Positions 25,984 to 40,027 of a stretch of DNA of 64,000 nucleotides are shown here, one piece after another; position 1 is the stretch's first letter, and every line of letters begins with the position of its first letter. The notes beneath the pieces are model-generated. The model was not told the DNA's origin and searched no databases. It was given only the letters and a program-made list of their open reading frames with translations. Position numbers and translations under genes: made by a program. Location: positions 1,860,001 through 1,924,000 of the forward strand of contig OZ059895.1 of the NCBI GenBank assembly GCA_964057225.1, read 5' to 3'. The DNA comes from Auanema rhodensis (taxonomy: Eukaryota > Animalia > Nematoda).

Positions 25984-28900
25984 AACATACACTAATGCAT
26001 CATTTTTCAAACGATCATAACTAATTTTTGTATTAAGCGTTTCTCAATGTAGTATAGTGCATTCGATGCGGATTTTTAAGCTGCGTCGATCTGTGTTATC
26101 AGATTTGCGCTAGCTTAACAATGCACCGAGATATCAACTGATATAAGATCACACTTATATCCTCGATTTTCACCCTGAAGAATTAATTTTTTCGTTGAAT
26201 AACATTGTCCATCGTCTTTGCCTTGAAAAATGGAATCTAAAAACATCTACTTTTTGCTAAATTATTTTGAAATTTTTCGAAAAAATTTTTGTCAAAATGT
26301 TTTTGGAAGCAATGTTGAGTGTACATGGAAACTCAACATACACTAATGCATCATTTTTCAAACGATCATAACTAATTTTTGTATTAAGCTTTTCTCAATG
26401 TAGTATAGTGCATTCGATGCGGATTTTTAAGCTGCGTCGATCTGTGTTATCAGATTTGCGCTAGCTTAAAAATGCACCGAGATATCAACTGATATAAGTT
26501 CACACTTATATCCTCGATTTTCACCCTGAAGAATTAATTTTTTTGTTGAATAACATCGTCCATCGTCTTTGCCTTGAAAAATGGAATCTAAAAACATCTA
26601 CTTTTTGCTAAATTATTTTGAAATTTTTCGAAAAAATTTTTGTCAAAATGTTTTTGGAAGCAATGTTGAGTGTACATGGAAACTCAACATACACTAATGC
26701 ATCATTTTTCAAACGATCATAACTAATTTTTGTATTAAGCGTTTTTCAATGTAGTATAGTGCATTCGATGCGGATTTTTAAGCTGCGTCGATCTGTGTTA
26801 TCAGATTTGCGCTAGCTTAAAAATGCACCGAGATATCAACTGATATAAGTTCACACTTATATCCTCGATTTTCACCCTGAAGAATTAATTTTTTCGTTGA
26901 ATAACATTGTCCATCGTCTTTGCCTTGAAAAAAGGAATCTAAAAACATCTACTTTTTGCTAAATTATTTTAAAATTTTTCGAAAAAATTTTTGTCAAAAT
27001 GTTTTTGGAAGCAATGTTGAGTGTACATGGAAACTCAACATACACTAATGCATCATTTTTCAAACGATCATAACTAATTTTTGTATTAAGCGTTTTTCAA
27101 TGTAGTATAGTGCATTCGATGCGGATTTTTAAGCTGCGTCGATCTGTGTTATCAGATTTGCGCTAGCTTAACAATGCACCGAGATATCAACTGATATAAG
27201 TTCACACTTATATCCTCGATTTTCACCCTGAAGAATTAATTTTTTCGTTGAATAACATTGTCCATCGTCTTTGCCTTGAAAAATTGAATCTAAAAACATC
27301 TACTTTTTGCTAAATTATTTTGAAATTTTTCGAAAAAATTTTTGTCAAAATGTTTTTGGAAGCAATGTTGAGTGTACATGGAAACTCAACATACACTAAT
27401 GCATCATTTTTCAAACGATTATAACTAATTTTTGTATTAAGCTTTTCTCAATGTAGTATAGTGCATTCGATGCGGATTTTTAAGCTGCGTCGATCTGTGT
27501 TATCAGATTTGCGCTAGCTTAAAAATGCACCGAGATATCAACTGATATAAGTTCACACTTATATCCTCGATTTTCACCCTGAAGAATTAATTTTTTCGTT
27601 GAATAACATTGTCCATCGTCTTTGCCTTGAAAAATGGAATCTAAAAACATCTACTTTTTGCTAAATTATTTTGAAATTTTTCGAAAAAATTTTTGTCAAA
27701 ATGTTTTTGGAAGCAATGTTGAGTGTACGTGGAAACTCAACATACACTAATGCATCATTTTTCAAACGATCATAACTAATTTTTGTATTAAGCTTTTCTC
27801 ATTGTAGTATAGTGCATTCGATGCGGATTTTTAAGCTGCGTCGATCTGTGTTATCAGATTTGCGCTAGCTTAAAAATGCACCGAGATATCAACTGATATA
27901 AGTTCACACTTATATCCTCGATTTTCACCCTGAAGAATTAATTTTTTCGTTGAATAACATTGTCCATCGTCTTTGCCTTGAAAAAAGGAATCTAAAAACA
28001 TCTACTTTTTGCTAAATTATTTTGAAATTTTTCGAAAAAATTTTTGTCAAAATGTTTTTGGAAGCAATGTTGAGTGTACATGGAAACTCAACATACACTA
28101 ATGCATCATTTTTCAAACGATCATAACTAATTTTTGTATTAAGCGTTTTTCAATGTAGTATAGTGCATTCGATGCGGATTTTTAAGCTGCATCGATCTGT
28201 GTTATCAGATTTGCGCTAGCTTAACAATGCACCGAGATATCAACTGATATAAGTTCACACTTATATCCTCGATTTTCACCCTGAAGAATTAATTTTTTCG
28301 TTGAATAACATTGTCCATCGTCTTTGCCTTGAAAAATGGAATCTAAAAACATCTACTTTTTGCTAAATTATTTTGAAATTTTTCGAAAACATTTTTGTCA
28401 AAATGTTTTTGGAAGCAATGTTGAGTGTACATGGAAACTCAACATACACTAATGCATCATTTTTCAAACGATTATAACTAATTTTTGTATTAAGCTTTTC
28501 TCAATGTAGTATAGTGCATTCGATGCGGATTTTTAAGCTGCGTCGATCTGTGTTATCAGATTTGCGCTAGCTTAAAAATGCACCGAGATATCAACTGATA
28601 TAAGTTCACACTTATATCCTCGATTTTCACCCTGAAGAATTAATTTTTTCGTTGAATAACATTGTCCATCGTCTTTGCCTTGAAAAATGGAATCTAAAAA
28701 CATCTACTTTTTGCTAAATTATTTTGAAATTTTTCGAAAAAATTTTTGTCAAAATGTTTTTGGAAGCAATGTTGAGTGTACGTGGAAACTCAACATACAC
28801 TAATGCATCATTTTTCAAACGATCATAACTAATTTTTGTATTAAGCTTTTCTCATTGTAGTATAGTGCATTCGATGCGGATTTTTAAGCTGCGTCGATCT

Positions 28901-31900
28901 GTGTTATCAGATTTGCGCTAGCTTAAAAATGCACCGAGATATCAACTGATATAAGTTCACACTTATATCCTCGATTTTCACCCTGAAGAATTAATTTTTT
29001 CGTTGAATAACATCGTCCATCGTCTTTGCCTTGAAAAATGGAATCTAAAAACATCTACTTTTTGCTAAATTATTTTGAAATTTTTCGAAAAAATTTTTGT
29101 CAAAATGTTTTTGGAAGCAATGTTGAGTGTACATGGAAACTCAACATACACTAATGCATCATTTTTCAAACGATCATAACTAATTTTTGTATTAAGCTTT
29201 TCTCAATGTAGTATAGTGCATTCGATGCGGATTTTTAAGCTGCGTCGATCTGTGTTATCAGATTTGCGCTAGCTTAAAAATGCACCGAGATATCAACTGA
29301 TATAAGTTTACACTTATATCCTCGATTTTCACCCTGAAGAATTAATTTTTTCGTTGAATAACATCGTCCATCGTCTTTGCCTTGAAAAATGGAATCTAAA
29401 AACATCTACTTTTTGCTAAATTATTTTGAAATTTTTCGAAAAAATTTTTGTCAAAATGTTTTTGGAAGCAATGTTGAGTGTACGTGGAAACTCAACATAC
29501 ACTAATGCATCATTTTTCAAACGATCATAACTAATTTTTGTATTAAGCTTTTCTCAATGTAGTATAGTGCATTCGATGCGGATTTTTAAGCTGCGTCGAT
29601 CTGTGTTATCAGATTTGCGCTAGCTTAAAAATGCACCGAGATATCAACTGATATAAGTTCACACTTATATCCTCGATTTTCACCCTGAAGAATTAATTTT
29701 TTCGTTGAATAACATTGTCCATCGTCTTTGCCTTGAAAAAAGGAATCTAAAAACATCTACTTTTTGCTAAATTATTTTGAAATTTTTCGAAAAAATTTTT
29801 GTCAAAATGTTTTTGGAAGCAATGTTGAGTGTACATGGAAACTCAACATACACTAATGCATCATTTTTCAAACGATCATAACTAATTTTTGTATTAAGCG
29901 TTTCTCAATGTAGTATAGTGCATTCGATGCGGATTTTTAAGCTGCGTCGATCTGTGTTATCAGATTTGCGCTAGCTTGAAAATGCACCGAGATATCAACT
30001 GATATAAGTTCACACTTATATCCTCGATTTTCACCCTGAAGAATTAATTTTTTCGTTGAATAACATTGTCCATCGTTTTTGCCTTGAAAAAAGGAATCTA
30101 AAAACATCTACTTTTTGCTAAATTATTTTGAAATTTTTCGAAAAAATTTTTGTCAAAATGTTTTTGGAAGCAATGTTGAGTGTACATGGAAACTCAACAT
30201 ACACTAATGAATCATTTTTCAAACGATCATAACTAATTTTTGTATTAAGCGTTTTTCAATGTAGTATAGTGCATTCGATGCGGATTTTTAAGCTGCGTCG
30301 ATCTGTGTTATCAGATTTGCGCTAGCTTAAAAATGCACCGAGATATCAACTGATATAAGTTCACACTTATATCCTCGATTTTCACCCTGAAGAATTAATT
30401 TTTTCGTTGAATAACATTGTCCATCGTCTTTGCCTTGAAAAATGGAATCTAAAAACATCTAATTTTTGCTAAATTATTTTGAAATTTTTCGAAAAAATTT
30501 TTGTCAAAATGTTTTTGGAAGCAATGTTGAGTGTACATGGAAACTCAACATACACTAATGCATCATTTTTCAAACGATCATAACTAATTTTTGTATCAAG
30601 CGTTTCTCAATGTAGTATAGTGCATTCGATGCGGATTTTTAAGCTGCGGCGATCTGTGTTATCAGATTTGCGCTAACTTAAAAATGCACCGAGATATCAA
30701 CTGATATAAGTTCACACTTATATCCTCGATTTTCACCCTGAAGAATTAATTTTTTCGTTGAATAACATTGTCCATCGTCTTTGCCTTGAAAAATAGAATC
30801 TAAAAACATCTACTTTTTGCTAAATTATTTTGAAATTTTTCGAAAAAATTTTTGTCAAAATGTTTTTGGAAGCAATGTTGAGTGTACATGGAAACTCAAC
30901 ATACACTAATGCATCATTTTTCAAACGATCATAACTAATTTTTGTATCAAACGTTTCTCAATGTAGTATAGTGCATTCGATGCGGATTTTTAAGCTGCGT
31001 CGATCTGTGTTATCAGATTTGCGCTAGCTTAAAAATGCACCGAGATATCAACTGATATAAGTTCACACTTATATCCTCGATTTTCACCCTGAAGAATTAA
31101 TTTTTTCGTTGAATAACATCGTCCATCGTCTTTGCCTTGAAAAATGGAATCTAAAAACATCTACTTTTTGCTAAATTATTTTGAAATTTTTCGAAAAAAT
31201 TTTTGTCAAAATGTTTTTGGAAGCAATGTTGAGTGTACATGGAAACTCAACATACACTAATGCATCATTTTTCAAACGATCATAACTAATTTTTGTATCA
31301 AACGTTTCTCAATGTAGTATAGTGCATTCGATGCGGATTTTTAAGCTGCGTCGATCTGTGTTATCAGATTTGCGCTAGCTTAAAAATGCACCGAGATATC
31401 AACTGATATAAGTTCACACTTATATCCTCGATTTTCACCCTGAAGAATTAATTTTTTCGTTGAATAACATCGTCCATCGTCTTTGCCTTGAAAAATGGAA
31501 TCTAAAAACATCTACTTTTTGCTAAATTATTTTAAAATTTTTCGAAAAAATTTTTGTCAAAATGTTTTTGGAAGCAATGTTGAGTGTACATGGAAACTCA
31601 ACATACACTAATGCATCATTTTTCAAACGATCATAACTAATTTTTGTATTAAGCGTTTCTCAATGTAGTATAGTGCATTCGATGCGGATTTTTAAGCTGC
31701 GTCGATCTGTGTTATCAGATTTGCGCTAGCTTAAAAATGCACCGAGATATCAACTGATATAAGTTCACACTTATATCCTCGATTTTCACCCTGAAGAATT
31801 AATTTTTTCGTTGAATAACATTGTCCATCGTTTTTGCCTTGTAAAAAGGAATCTAAAAACATCTACTTTTTGCTAAATTATTTTGAAATTTTTAGAAAAA

Positions 31901-34409
31901 ATTTTTGTCAAAATGTTTTTGGAAGCAATGTTGAGTGTACATGGAAACTCAACATACACTAATGAATCATTTTTCAAACGATCATAACTAATTTTTGTAT
32001 TAAGCGTTTTTCAATGTAGTATAGTGCATTCGATGCGGATTTTTAAGCTGCGTCGATCTGTGTTATCAGATTTGCGCTAGCTTAAAAATGCACCGAGATA
32101 TCAACTGATATAAGTTCACACTTATATCCTCGATTTTCACCCTGAAGAATTAATTTTTTCGTTGAATAACATTGTCCATCGTCTTTGCCTTGAAAAATGG
32201 AATCTAAAAACATCTACTTTTTGCTAAATTATTTTGAAATTTTTCGAAAAAATTTTTGTCAAAATGTTTTTGGAAGCAATGTTGAGTGTACATGGAAACT
32301 CAACATACACTAATGCATCATTTTTCAAACGATCATAACTAATTTTTGTATTAAGCTTTTCTCAATGTAGTATAGTGCATTCGATGCGGATTTTTAAGCT
32401 GCGTCGATCTGTGTTATCAGATTTGCGCTAGCTTAAAAATGCACCGAGATATCAACTGATATAAGTTTACACTTATATCCTCGATTTTCACCCTGAAGAA
32501 TTAATTTTTTCGTTGAATAACATCGTCCATCGTCTTTGCCTTGAAAAATGGAATCTAAAAACATCTACTTTTTGCTAAATTATTTTGAAATTTTTCGAAA
32601 AAATTTTTGTCAAAATGTTTTTGGAAGCAATGTTGAGTGTACGTGGAAACTCAACATACACTAATGCATCATTTTTCAAACGATCATAACTAATTTTTGT
32701 ATTAAGCTTTTCTCAATGTAGTATAGTGCATTCGATGCGGATTTTTTAACCTGCGTCGATCTGTGTTATCAGATTTGCGCTAGCTTAAAAATGCACCGAG
32801 ATATCAACTGATATAAGTTCACACTTATATCCTCGATTTTCACCCTGAAGAATTAATTTTTTCGTTGAATAACATTGTCCATCGTCTTTGCCTTGAAAAA
32901 AGGAATCTAAAAACATCTACTTTTTGCTAAATTATTTTAGAAATTTTTCGAAAAAATTTTTGTCAAAATGTTTTTGGAAGCAATGTTGAGTGTACATGGA
33001 AACTCAACATACACTAATGCATCATTTTTCAAACGATCATAACTAATTTTTGTATTAAGCGTTTCTCAATGTAGTATAGTGCATTCGATGCGGATTTTTA
33101 AGCTGCGTCGATCTGTGTTATCAGATTTGCGCTAGCTTAAAAATGCACCGAGATATCAACTGATATAAGTTCACACTTATATCCTCGATTTTCACCCTGA
33201 AGAATTAATTTTTTCGTTGAATAACATCGTTCATCGTCTTTGCCTTGAAAAATGGAATCTAAAAACATCTACTTTTTGCTAAATTATTTTGAAATTTTTC
33301 GAAAAAATTTTTGTCAAAATGTTTTTGGAAGCAATGTTGAGTGTACATGGAAACTCAACATACACTAATGCATCATTTTTCAAACGATCATAACTAATTT
33401 TTGTATTAAGCGTTTCTCAATGTAGTATAGTGCATTCGATGCGGATTTTTAAGCTGCGTCGATCTGTGTTATCAGATTTGCGCTAGCTTAAAAATGCACC
33501 GAGATATCAACTGATATAAGTTCACACTTATATCCTCGATTTTCACCCTGAAGAATTAATTTTTTCGTTGAATAACATTGTCCATCGTCTTTGCCTTGAA
33601 AAATGGAATCTAAAAACATCTACTTTTTGCTAAATTATTTTGAAATTTTTCGAAAAAATTTTTGTCAAAATGTTTTTGGAAGCAATGTTGAGTGTACGTG
33701 GAAACTCAACATACACTAATGCATCATTTTTCAAACGATCATAACTAATTTTTGTATTAAGCTTTTCTCAATGTAGTATAGTGCATTCGATGCGGATTTT
33801 TAAGCTGCGTCGATCTGTGTTATCAGATTTGCGCTAGCTTAAAAATGCACCGAGATATCAACTGATATAAGTTCACACTTATATCCTCGATTTTCACCCT
33901 GAAGAATTAATTTTTTCGTTGAATAACATTGTCCATCGTCTTTGCCTTGAAAAAAGGAATCTAAAAACATCTACTTTTTGCTAAATTATTTTGAAATTTT
34001 TCGAAAAAATTTTTGTCAAAATGTTTTTGGAAGCAATGTTGAGTGTACATGGAAACTCAACATACACTAATGCATCATTTTTCAAACGATCATAACTAAT
34101 TTTTGTATTAAGCGTTTCTCAATGTAGTATAGTGCATTCGATGCGGATTTTTAAGCTGCGTCGATCTGTGTTATCAGATTTGCGCTAGCTTAAAAATGCA
34201 CCGAGATATCAACTGATATAAGTTCACACTTATATCCTCGATTTTCACCCTGAAGAATTAATTTTTTCGTTGAATAACATTGTCCATCGTCTTTGCCTTG
34301 AAAAATGGAATCTAAAAACATCTACTTTTTGCTGAATTATTTTGAAATTTTTCGAAAAAATTTTTGTCAAAATGTTTTTGGAAGCAATGTTGAGTGTACA
34401 TGGAAACTC
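25984..34409. repeat. Higher-order duplicated block, copy B (M75-M98)
   Basis: Offset from copy A is 11,941 bp for M46 onward (e.g. A276G at 22393 and 34334). This equals 34x351 plus the 7 inserted bases in between. Confidence 0.93.
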
Positions 34410-36166
34410 AACATACACTAATGCATCATTTTTCAAACGATCATAACTAATTTTTGTATTAAGCTTTTCTCAATGTAGTATAGTGCATTCGATGCGGATT
34501 TTTAAGCTGCGTCGATCTGTGTTATCAGATTTGCGCTAGCTTAAAAATGCACCGAGATATCAACTGATATAAGTTTACACTTATATCCTCGATTTTCACC
34601 CTGAAGAATTAATTTTTTCGTTGAATAACATCGTCCATCGTCTTTGCCTTGAAAAATGGAATCTAAAAACATCTACTTTTTGCTAAATTATTTTGAAATT
34701 TTTCGAAAAAATTTTTGTCAAAATGTTTTTGGAAGCAATGTTGAGTGTACGTGGAAACTCAACATACACTAATGCATCATTTTTCAAACGATCATAACTA
34801 ATTTTTGTATTAAGCTTTTCTCAATGTAGTATAGTGCATTCGATGCGGATTTTTTAACCTGCGTCGATCTGTGTTATCAGATTTGCGCTAGCTTAAAAAT
34901 GCACCGAGATATCAACTGATATAAGTTCACACTTATATCCTCGATTTTCACCCTGAAGAATTAATTTTTTCGTTGAATAACATTGTCCATCGTCTTTGCC
35001 TTGAAAAAAGGAATCTAAAAACATCTACTTTTTGCTAAATTATTTTAGAAATTTTTCGAAAAAATTTTTGTCAAAATGTTTTTGGAAGCAATGTTGAGTG
35101 TACATGGAAACTCAACATACACTAATGCATCATTTTTCAAACGATCATAACTAATTTTTGTATTAAGCGTTTCTCAATGTAGTATAGTGCATTCGATGCG
35201 GATTTTTAAGCTGCGTCGATCTGTGTTATCAGATTTGCGCTAGCTTAAAAATGCACCGAGATATCAACTGATATAAGTTCACACTTATATCCTCGATTTT
35301 CACCCTGAAGAATTAATTTTTTCGTTGAATAACATCGTCCATCGTCTTTGCCTTGAAAAATGGAATCTAAAAACATCTACTTTTTGCTAAATTATTTTGA
35401 AATTTTTCGAAAAAATTTTTGTCAAAATGTTTTTGGAAGCAATGTTGAGTGTACATGGAAACTCAACATACACTAATGCATCATTTTTCAAACGATCATA
35501 ACTAATTTTTGTATTAAGCGTTTCTCAATGTAGTATAGTGCATTCGATGCGGATTTTTAAGCTGCGTCGATCTGTGTTATCAGATTTGCGCTAGCTTAAA
35601 AATGCACCGAGATATCAACTGATATAAGTTCACACTTATATCCTCGATTTTCACCCTGAAGAATTAATTTTTTCGTTGAATAACATTGTCCATCGTCTTT
35701 GCCTTGAAAAATGGAATCTAAAAACATCTACTTTTTGCTAAATTATTTTGAAATTTTTCGAAAAAATTTTTGTCAAAATGTTTTTGGAAGCAATGTTGAG
35801 TGTACGTGGAAACTCAACATACACTAATGCATCATTTTTCAAACGATCATAACTAATTTTTGTATTAAGCTTTTCTCAATGTAGTATAGTGCATTCGATG
35901 CGGATTTTTAAGCTGCGTCGATCTGTGTTATCAGATTTGCGCTAGCTTAAAAATGCACCGAGATATCAACTGATATAAGTTCACACTTATATCCTCGATT
36001 TTCACCCTGAAGAATTAATTTTTTCGTTGAATAACATTGTCCATCGTCTTTGCCTTGAAAAAAGGAATCTAAAAACATCTACTTTTTGCTAAATTATTTT
36101 GAAATTTTTCGAAAAAATTTTTGTCAAAATGTTTTTGGAAGCAATGTTGAGTGTACATGGAAACTC
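32302..36166. repeat. Local 6-monomer-period duplication (M93-97 ~ M99-103)
   Basis: The C167T/A342G monomer, the 353-bp double-insertion monomer and the three following monomer types recur at a 2,108-bp offset. Confidence 0.85.
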
Positions 36167-39100
36167 AACATACACTAATGCATCATTTTTCAAACGATCA
36201 TAACTAATTTTTGTATTAAGCGTTTCTCAATGTAGTATAGTGCATTCGATGCGGATTTTTAAGCTGCGTCGATCTGTGTTATCAGATTTGCGCTAGCTTA
36301 AAAATGCACCGAGATATCAACTGATATAAGTTCACACTTATATCCTCGATTTTCACCCTGAAGAATTAATTTTTTCGTTGAATAACATTGTCCATCGTCT
36401 TTGCCTTGAAAAAAGGAATCTAAAAACATCTACTTTTTGCTAAATTATTTTGAAATTTTTCGAAAAAATTTTTGTCAAAATGTTTTTGGAAGCAATGTTG
36501 AGTGTACATGGAAACTCAACATACACTAATGCATCATTTTTCAAACGATCATAACTAATTTTTGTATTAAGCGTTTCTCAATGTAGTATAGTGCATTCGA
36601 TGCGGATTTTTAAGCTGCGTCGATCTGTGTTATCAGATTTGCGCTAGCTTAAAAATGCACCGAGATATCAACTGATATAAGTTCACACTTATATCCTCGA
36701 TTTTCACCCTGAAGAATTAATTTTTTCGTTGAATAACATTGTCCATCGTCTTTGCCTTGAAAAAAGGAATCTAAAAACATCTACTTTTTGCTAAATTATT
36801 TTGAAATTTTTCGAAAAAATTTTTGTCAAAATGTTTTTGGAAGCAATGTTGAGTGTACATGGAAACTCAACATACACTAATGCATCATTTTTCAAACGAT
36901 CATAACTAATTTTTGTATTAAGCGTTTCTCAATGTAGTATAGTGCATTCGATGCGGATTTTTAAGCTGCGTCGATCTGTGTTATCAGATTTGCGCTAGCT
37001 TAAAAATGCACCGAGATATCAACTGATATAAGTTCACACTTATATCCTCGATTTTCACCCTGAAGAATTAATTTTTTCGTTGAATAACATTGTCCATCGT
37101 CTTTGCCTTGAAAAAAGGAATCTAAAAACATCTACTTTTTGCTAAATTATTTTGAAATTTTTCGAAAAAATTTTTGTCAAAATGTTTTTGGAAGCAATGT
37201 TGAGTGTACATGGAAACTCAACATACACTAATGCATCATTTTTCAAACGATCATAACTAATTTTTGTATTAAGCGTTTCTCAATGTAGTATAGTGCATTC
37301 GATGCGGATTTTTAAGCTGCGTCGATCTGTGTTATCAGATTTGCGCTAGCTTAAAAATGCACCGAGATATCAACTGATATAAGTTCACACTTATATCCTC
37401 GATTTTCACCCTGAAGAATTAATTTTTTCGTTGAATAACATTGTCCATCGTCTTTGCCTTGAAAAATGGAATCTAAAAACATCTACTTTTTGCTAAATTA
37501 TTTTGAAATTTTTCGAAAAAATTTTTGTCAAAATGTTTTTGGAAGCAATGTTGAGTGTACATGGAAACTCAACATACACTAATGCATCATTTTTCAAACG
37601 ATCATAACTAATTTTTGTATTAAGCGTTTCTCAATGCAGTATAGTGCATTCGATGCGGATTTTTAAGCTGCGTCGATCTGTGTTATCAGATTTGCGCTAG
37701 CTTAAAAATGCACCGAGATATCAACTGATATAAGTTCACACTTATATCCTCGATTTTCACCCTGAAGAATTGATTTTTTCGTTGAATAACATCGTCCATC
37801 GTCTTTGCCTTGAAAAATGGAATCTAAAAACATCTACTTTTTGCTAAATTATCTTGAAATTTTTCGAAAAAATTTTTGTCAAAATGTTTTTGGAAGCAAT
37901 GTTGAGTGTACATGGAAACTCAACATACACTAATGCATCATTTTTCAAACGATCATAACTAATTTTTGTATTAAGCGTTTCTCAATGTAGTGTAGTGCAT
38001 TCGATGCGGATTTTTAAGCTGCGTCGATCTGTGTTATCAGATTTGCGCTAGCTTAACAATGCACCGAGATATCAACTGATATAAGATCACACTTATATCC
38101 TCGATTTTCACCCTGAAGAATTAATTTTTTCGTTGAATAACATTGTCCATCGTCTTTGCCTTGAAAAATGGAATCTAAAAACATCTACTTTTTGCTAAAT
38201 TATTTTGAAATTTTTCGAAAAAATTTTTGTCAAAATGTTTTTGGAAGCAATGTTGAGTGTACATGGAAACTCAACATACACTAATGCATCATTTTTCAAA
38301 CGATTATAACTAATTTTTGTATTAAGCGTTTTTCAATGTAGTATAGTGCATTCGATGCGGATTTTTAAGCTGCGTCGATCTGTGTTATCAGATTTGCGCT
38401 AGCTTAACAATGCACCGAGATATCAACTGATATAAGTTCACACTTATATCCTCAATTTTCACCCTGAAGAATTAATTTTTTCGTTGAATAACATTGTCCA
38501 TCGTCTTTGCCTTGAAAAAAGGAATCTAAAAACATCTACTTTTTGCTAAATTATTTTGAAATTTTTCGAAAAAATTTTTGTCAAAATGTTTTTGGAAGCA
38601 ATGTTGAGTGTACATGGAAACTCAACATACACTAATGCATCATTTTTCAAACGATCATAACTAATTTTTGTATTAAGCGTTTCTCAATGTAGTATAGTGC
38701 ATTCGATGCGGATTTTTAAGCTGCGTCGATCTGTGTTATCAGATTTGCGCTAGCTTAAAAATGCACCGAGATATCAACTGATATAAGTTCACACTTATAT
38801 CCTCGATTTTCACCCTGAAGAATTAATTTTTTCGTTGAATAACATCGTCCATCGTCTTTGCCTTGAAAAATGGAATCTAAAAACATCTACTTTTTGCTAA
38901 ATTATTTTGAAATTTTTCGAAAAAATTTTTGTCAAAATGTTTTTGGAAGCAATGTTGAGTGTACATGGAAACTCAACATACACTAATGCATCATTTTTCA
39001 AACGATCATAACTAATTTTTGTATTAAGCGTTTCTCAATGTAGTATAGTGCATTCGATGCGGATTTTTAAGCTGCGTCGATCTGTGTTATCAGATTTGCG

Positions 39101-40027
39101 CTAGCTTAAAAATGCACCGAGATATCAACTGATATAAGTTCACACTTATATCCTCGATTTTCACCCTGAAGAATTAATTTTTTCGTTGAATAACATTGTC
39201 CATCGTCTTTGCCTTGAAAAATGGAATCTAAAAACATCTACTTTTTGCTAAATTATTCTGAAATTTTTCGAAAAAATTTTTGTCAAAATGTTTTTGGAAG
39301 CAATGTTGAGTGTACATGGAAACTCAACATACACTAATGCATCATTTTTCAAACGATCATAACTAATTTTTGTATTAAGCGTTTCTCAATGTAGTATAGT
39401 GCATTCGATGCGGATTTTTAAGCTGCGTCGATCTGTGTTATCAGATTTGCGCTAGCTTAAAAATGCACCGAGATATCAACTGATATAAGTTCACACTTAT
39501 ATCCTCGATTTTCACCCTGAAGAATTAATTTTTTCGTTGAATAACATTGTCCATCGTCTTTGCCTTGAAAAATGGAATCTAAAAACATCTACTTTTTGCT
39601 AAATTATTTTGAAATTTTTCGAAAAAATTTTTGTCAAAATGTTTTTGGAAGCAATGTTGAGTGTACATGGAAACTCAACATACACTAATGCATCATTTTT
39701 CAAACGATCATAACTAATTTTTGTATTAAGCGTTTCTCAATGTAGTATAGTGCATTCGATGCGGATTTTTAAGCTGCGTCGATCTGTGTTATCAGATTTG
39801 CGCTAGCTTAAAAATGCACCGAGATATCAACTGATATAAGTTCACACTTATATCCTCGATTTTCACCCTGAAGAATTAATTTTTTCGTTGAATAACATCG
39901 TCCATCGTCTTTGCCTTGAAAAATGGAATCTAAAAACATCTACTTTTTGCTAAATTATTTTGAAATTTTTCGAAAAAATTTTTGTCAAAATGTTTTTGGA
40001 AGCAATGTTGAGTGTACATGGAAACTC

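Noticed and set aside
34245-34436. Second identical 63-aa ORF
   Set aside because: Same SNV (34334) copied by the 11,941-bp block duplication. It marks the duplication and is not evidence of coding conservation.
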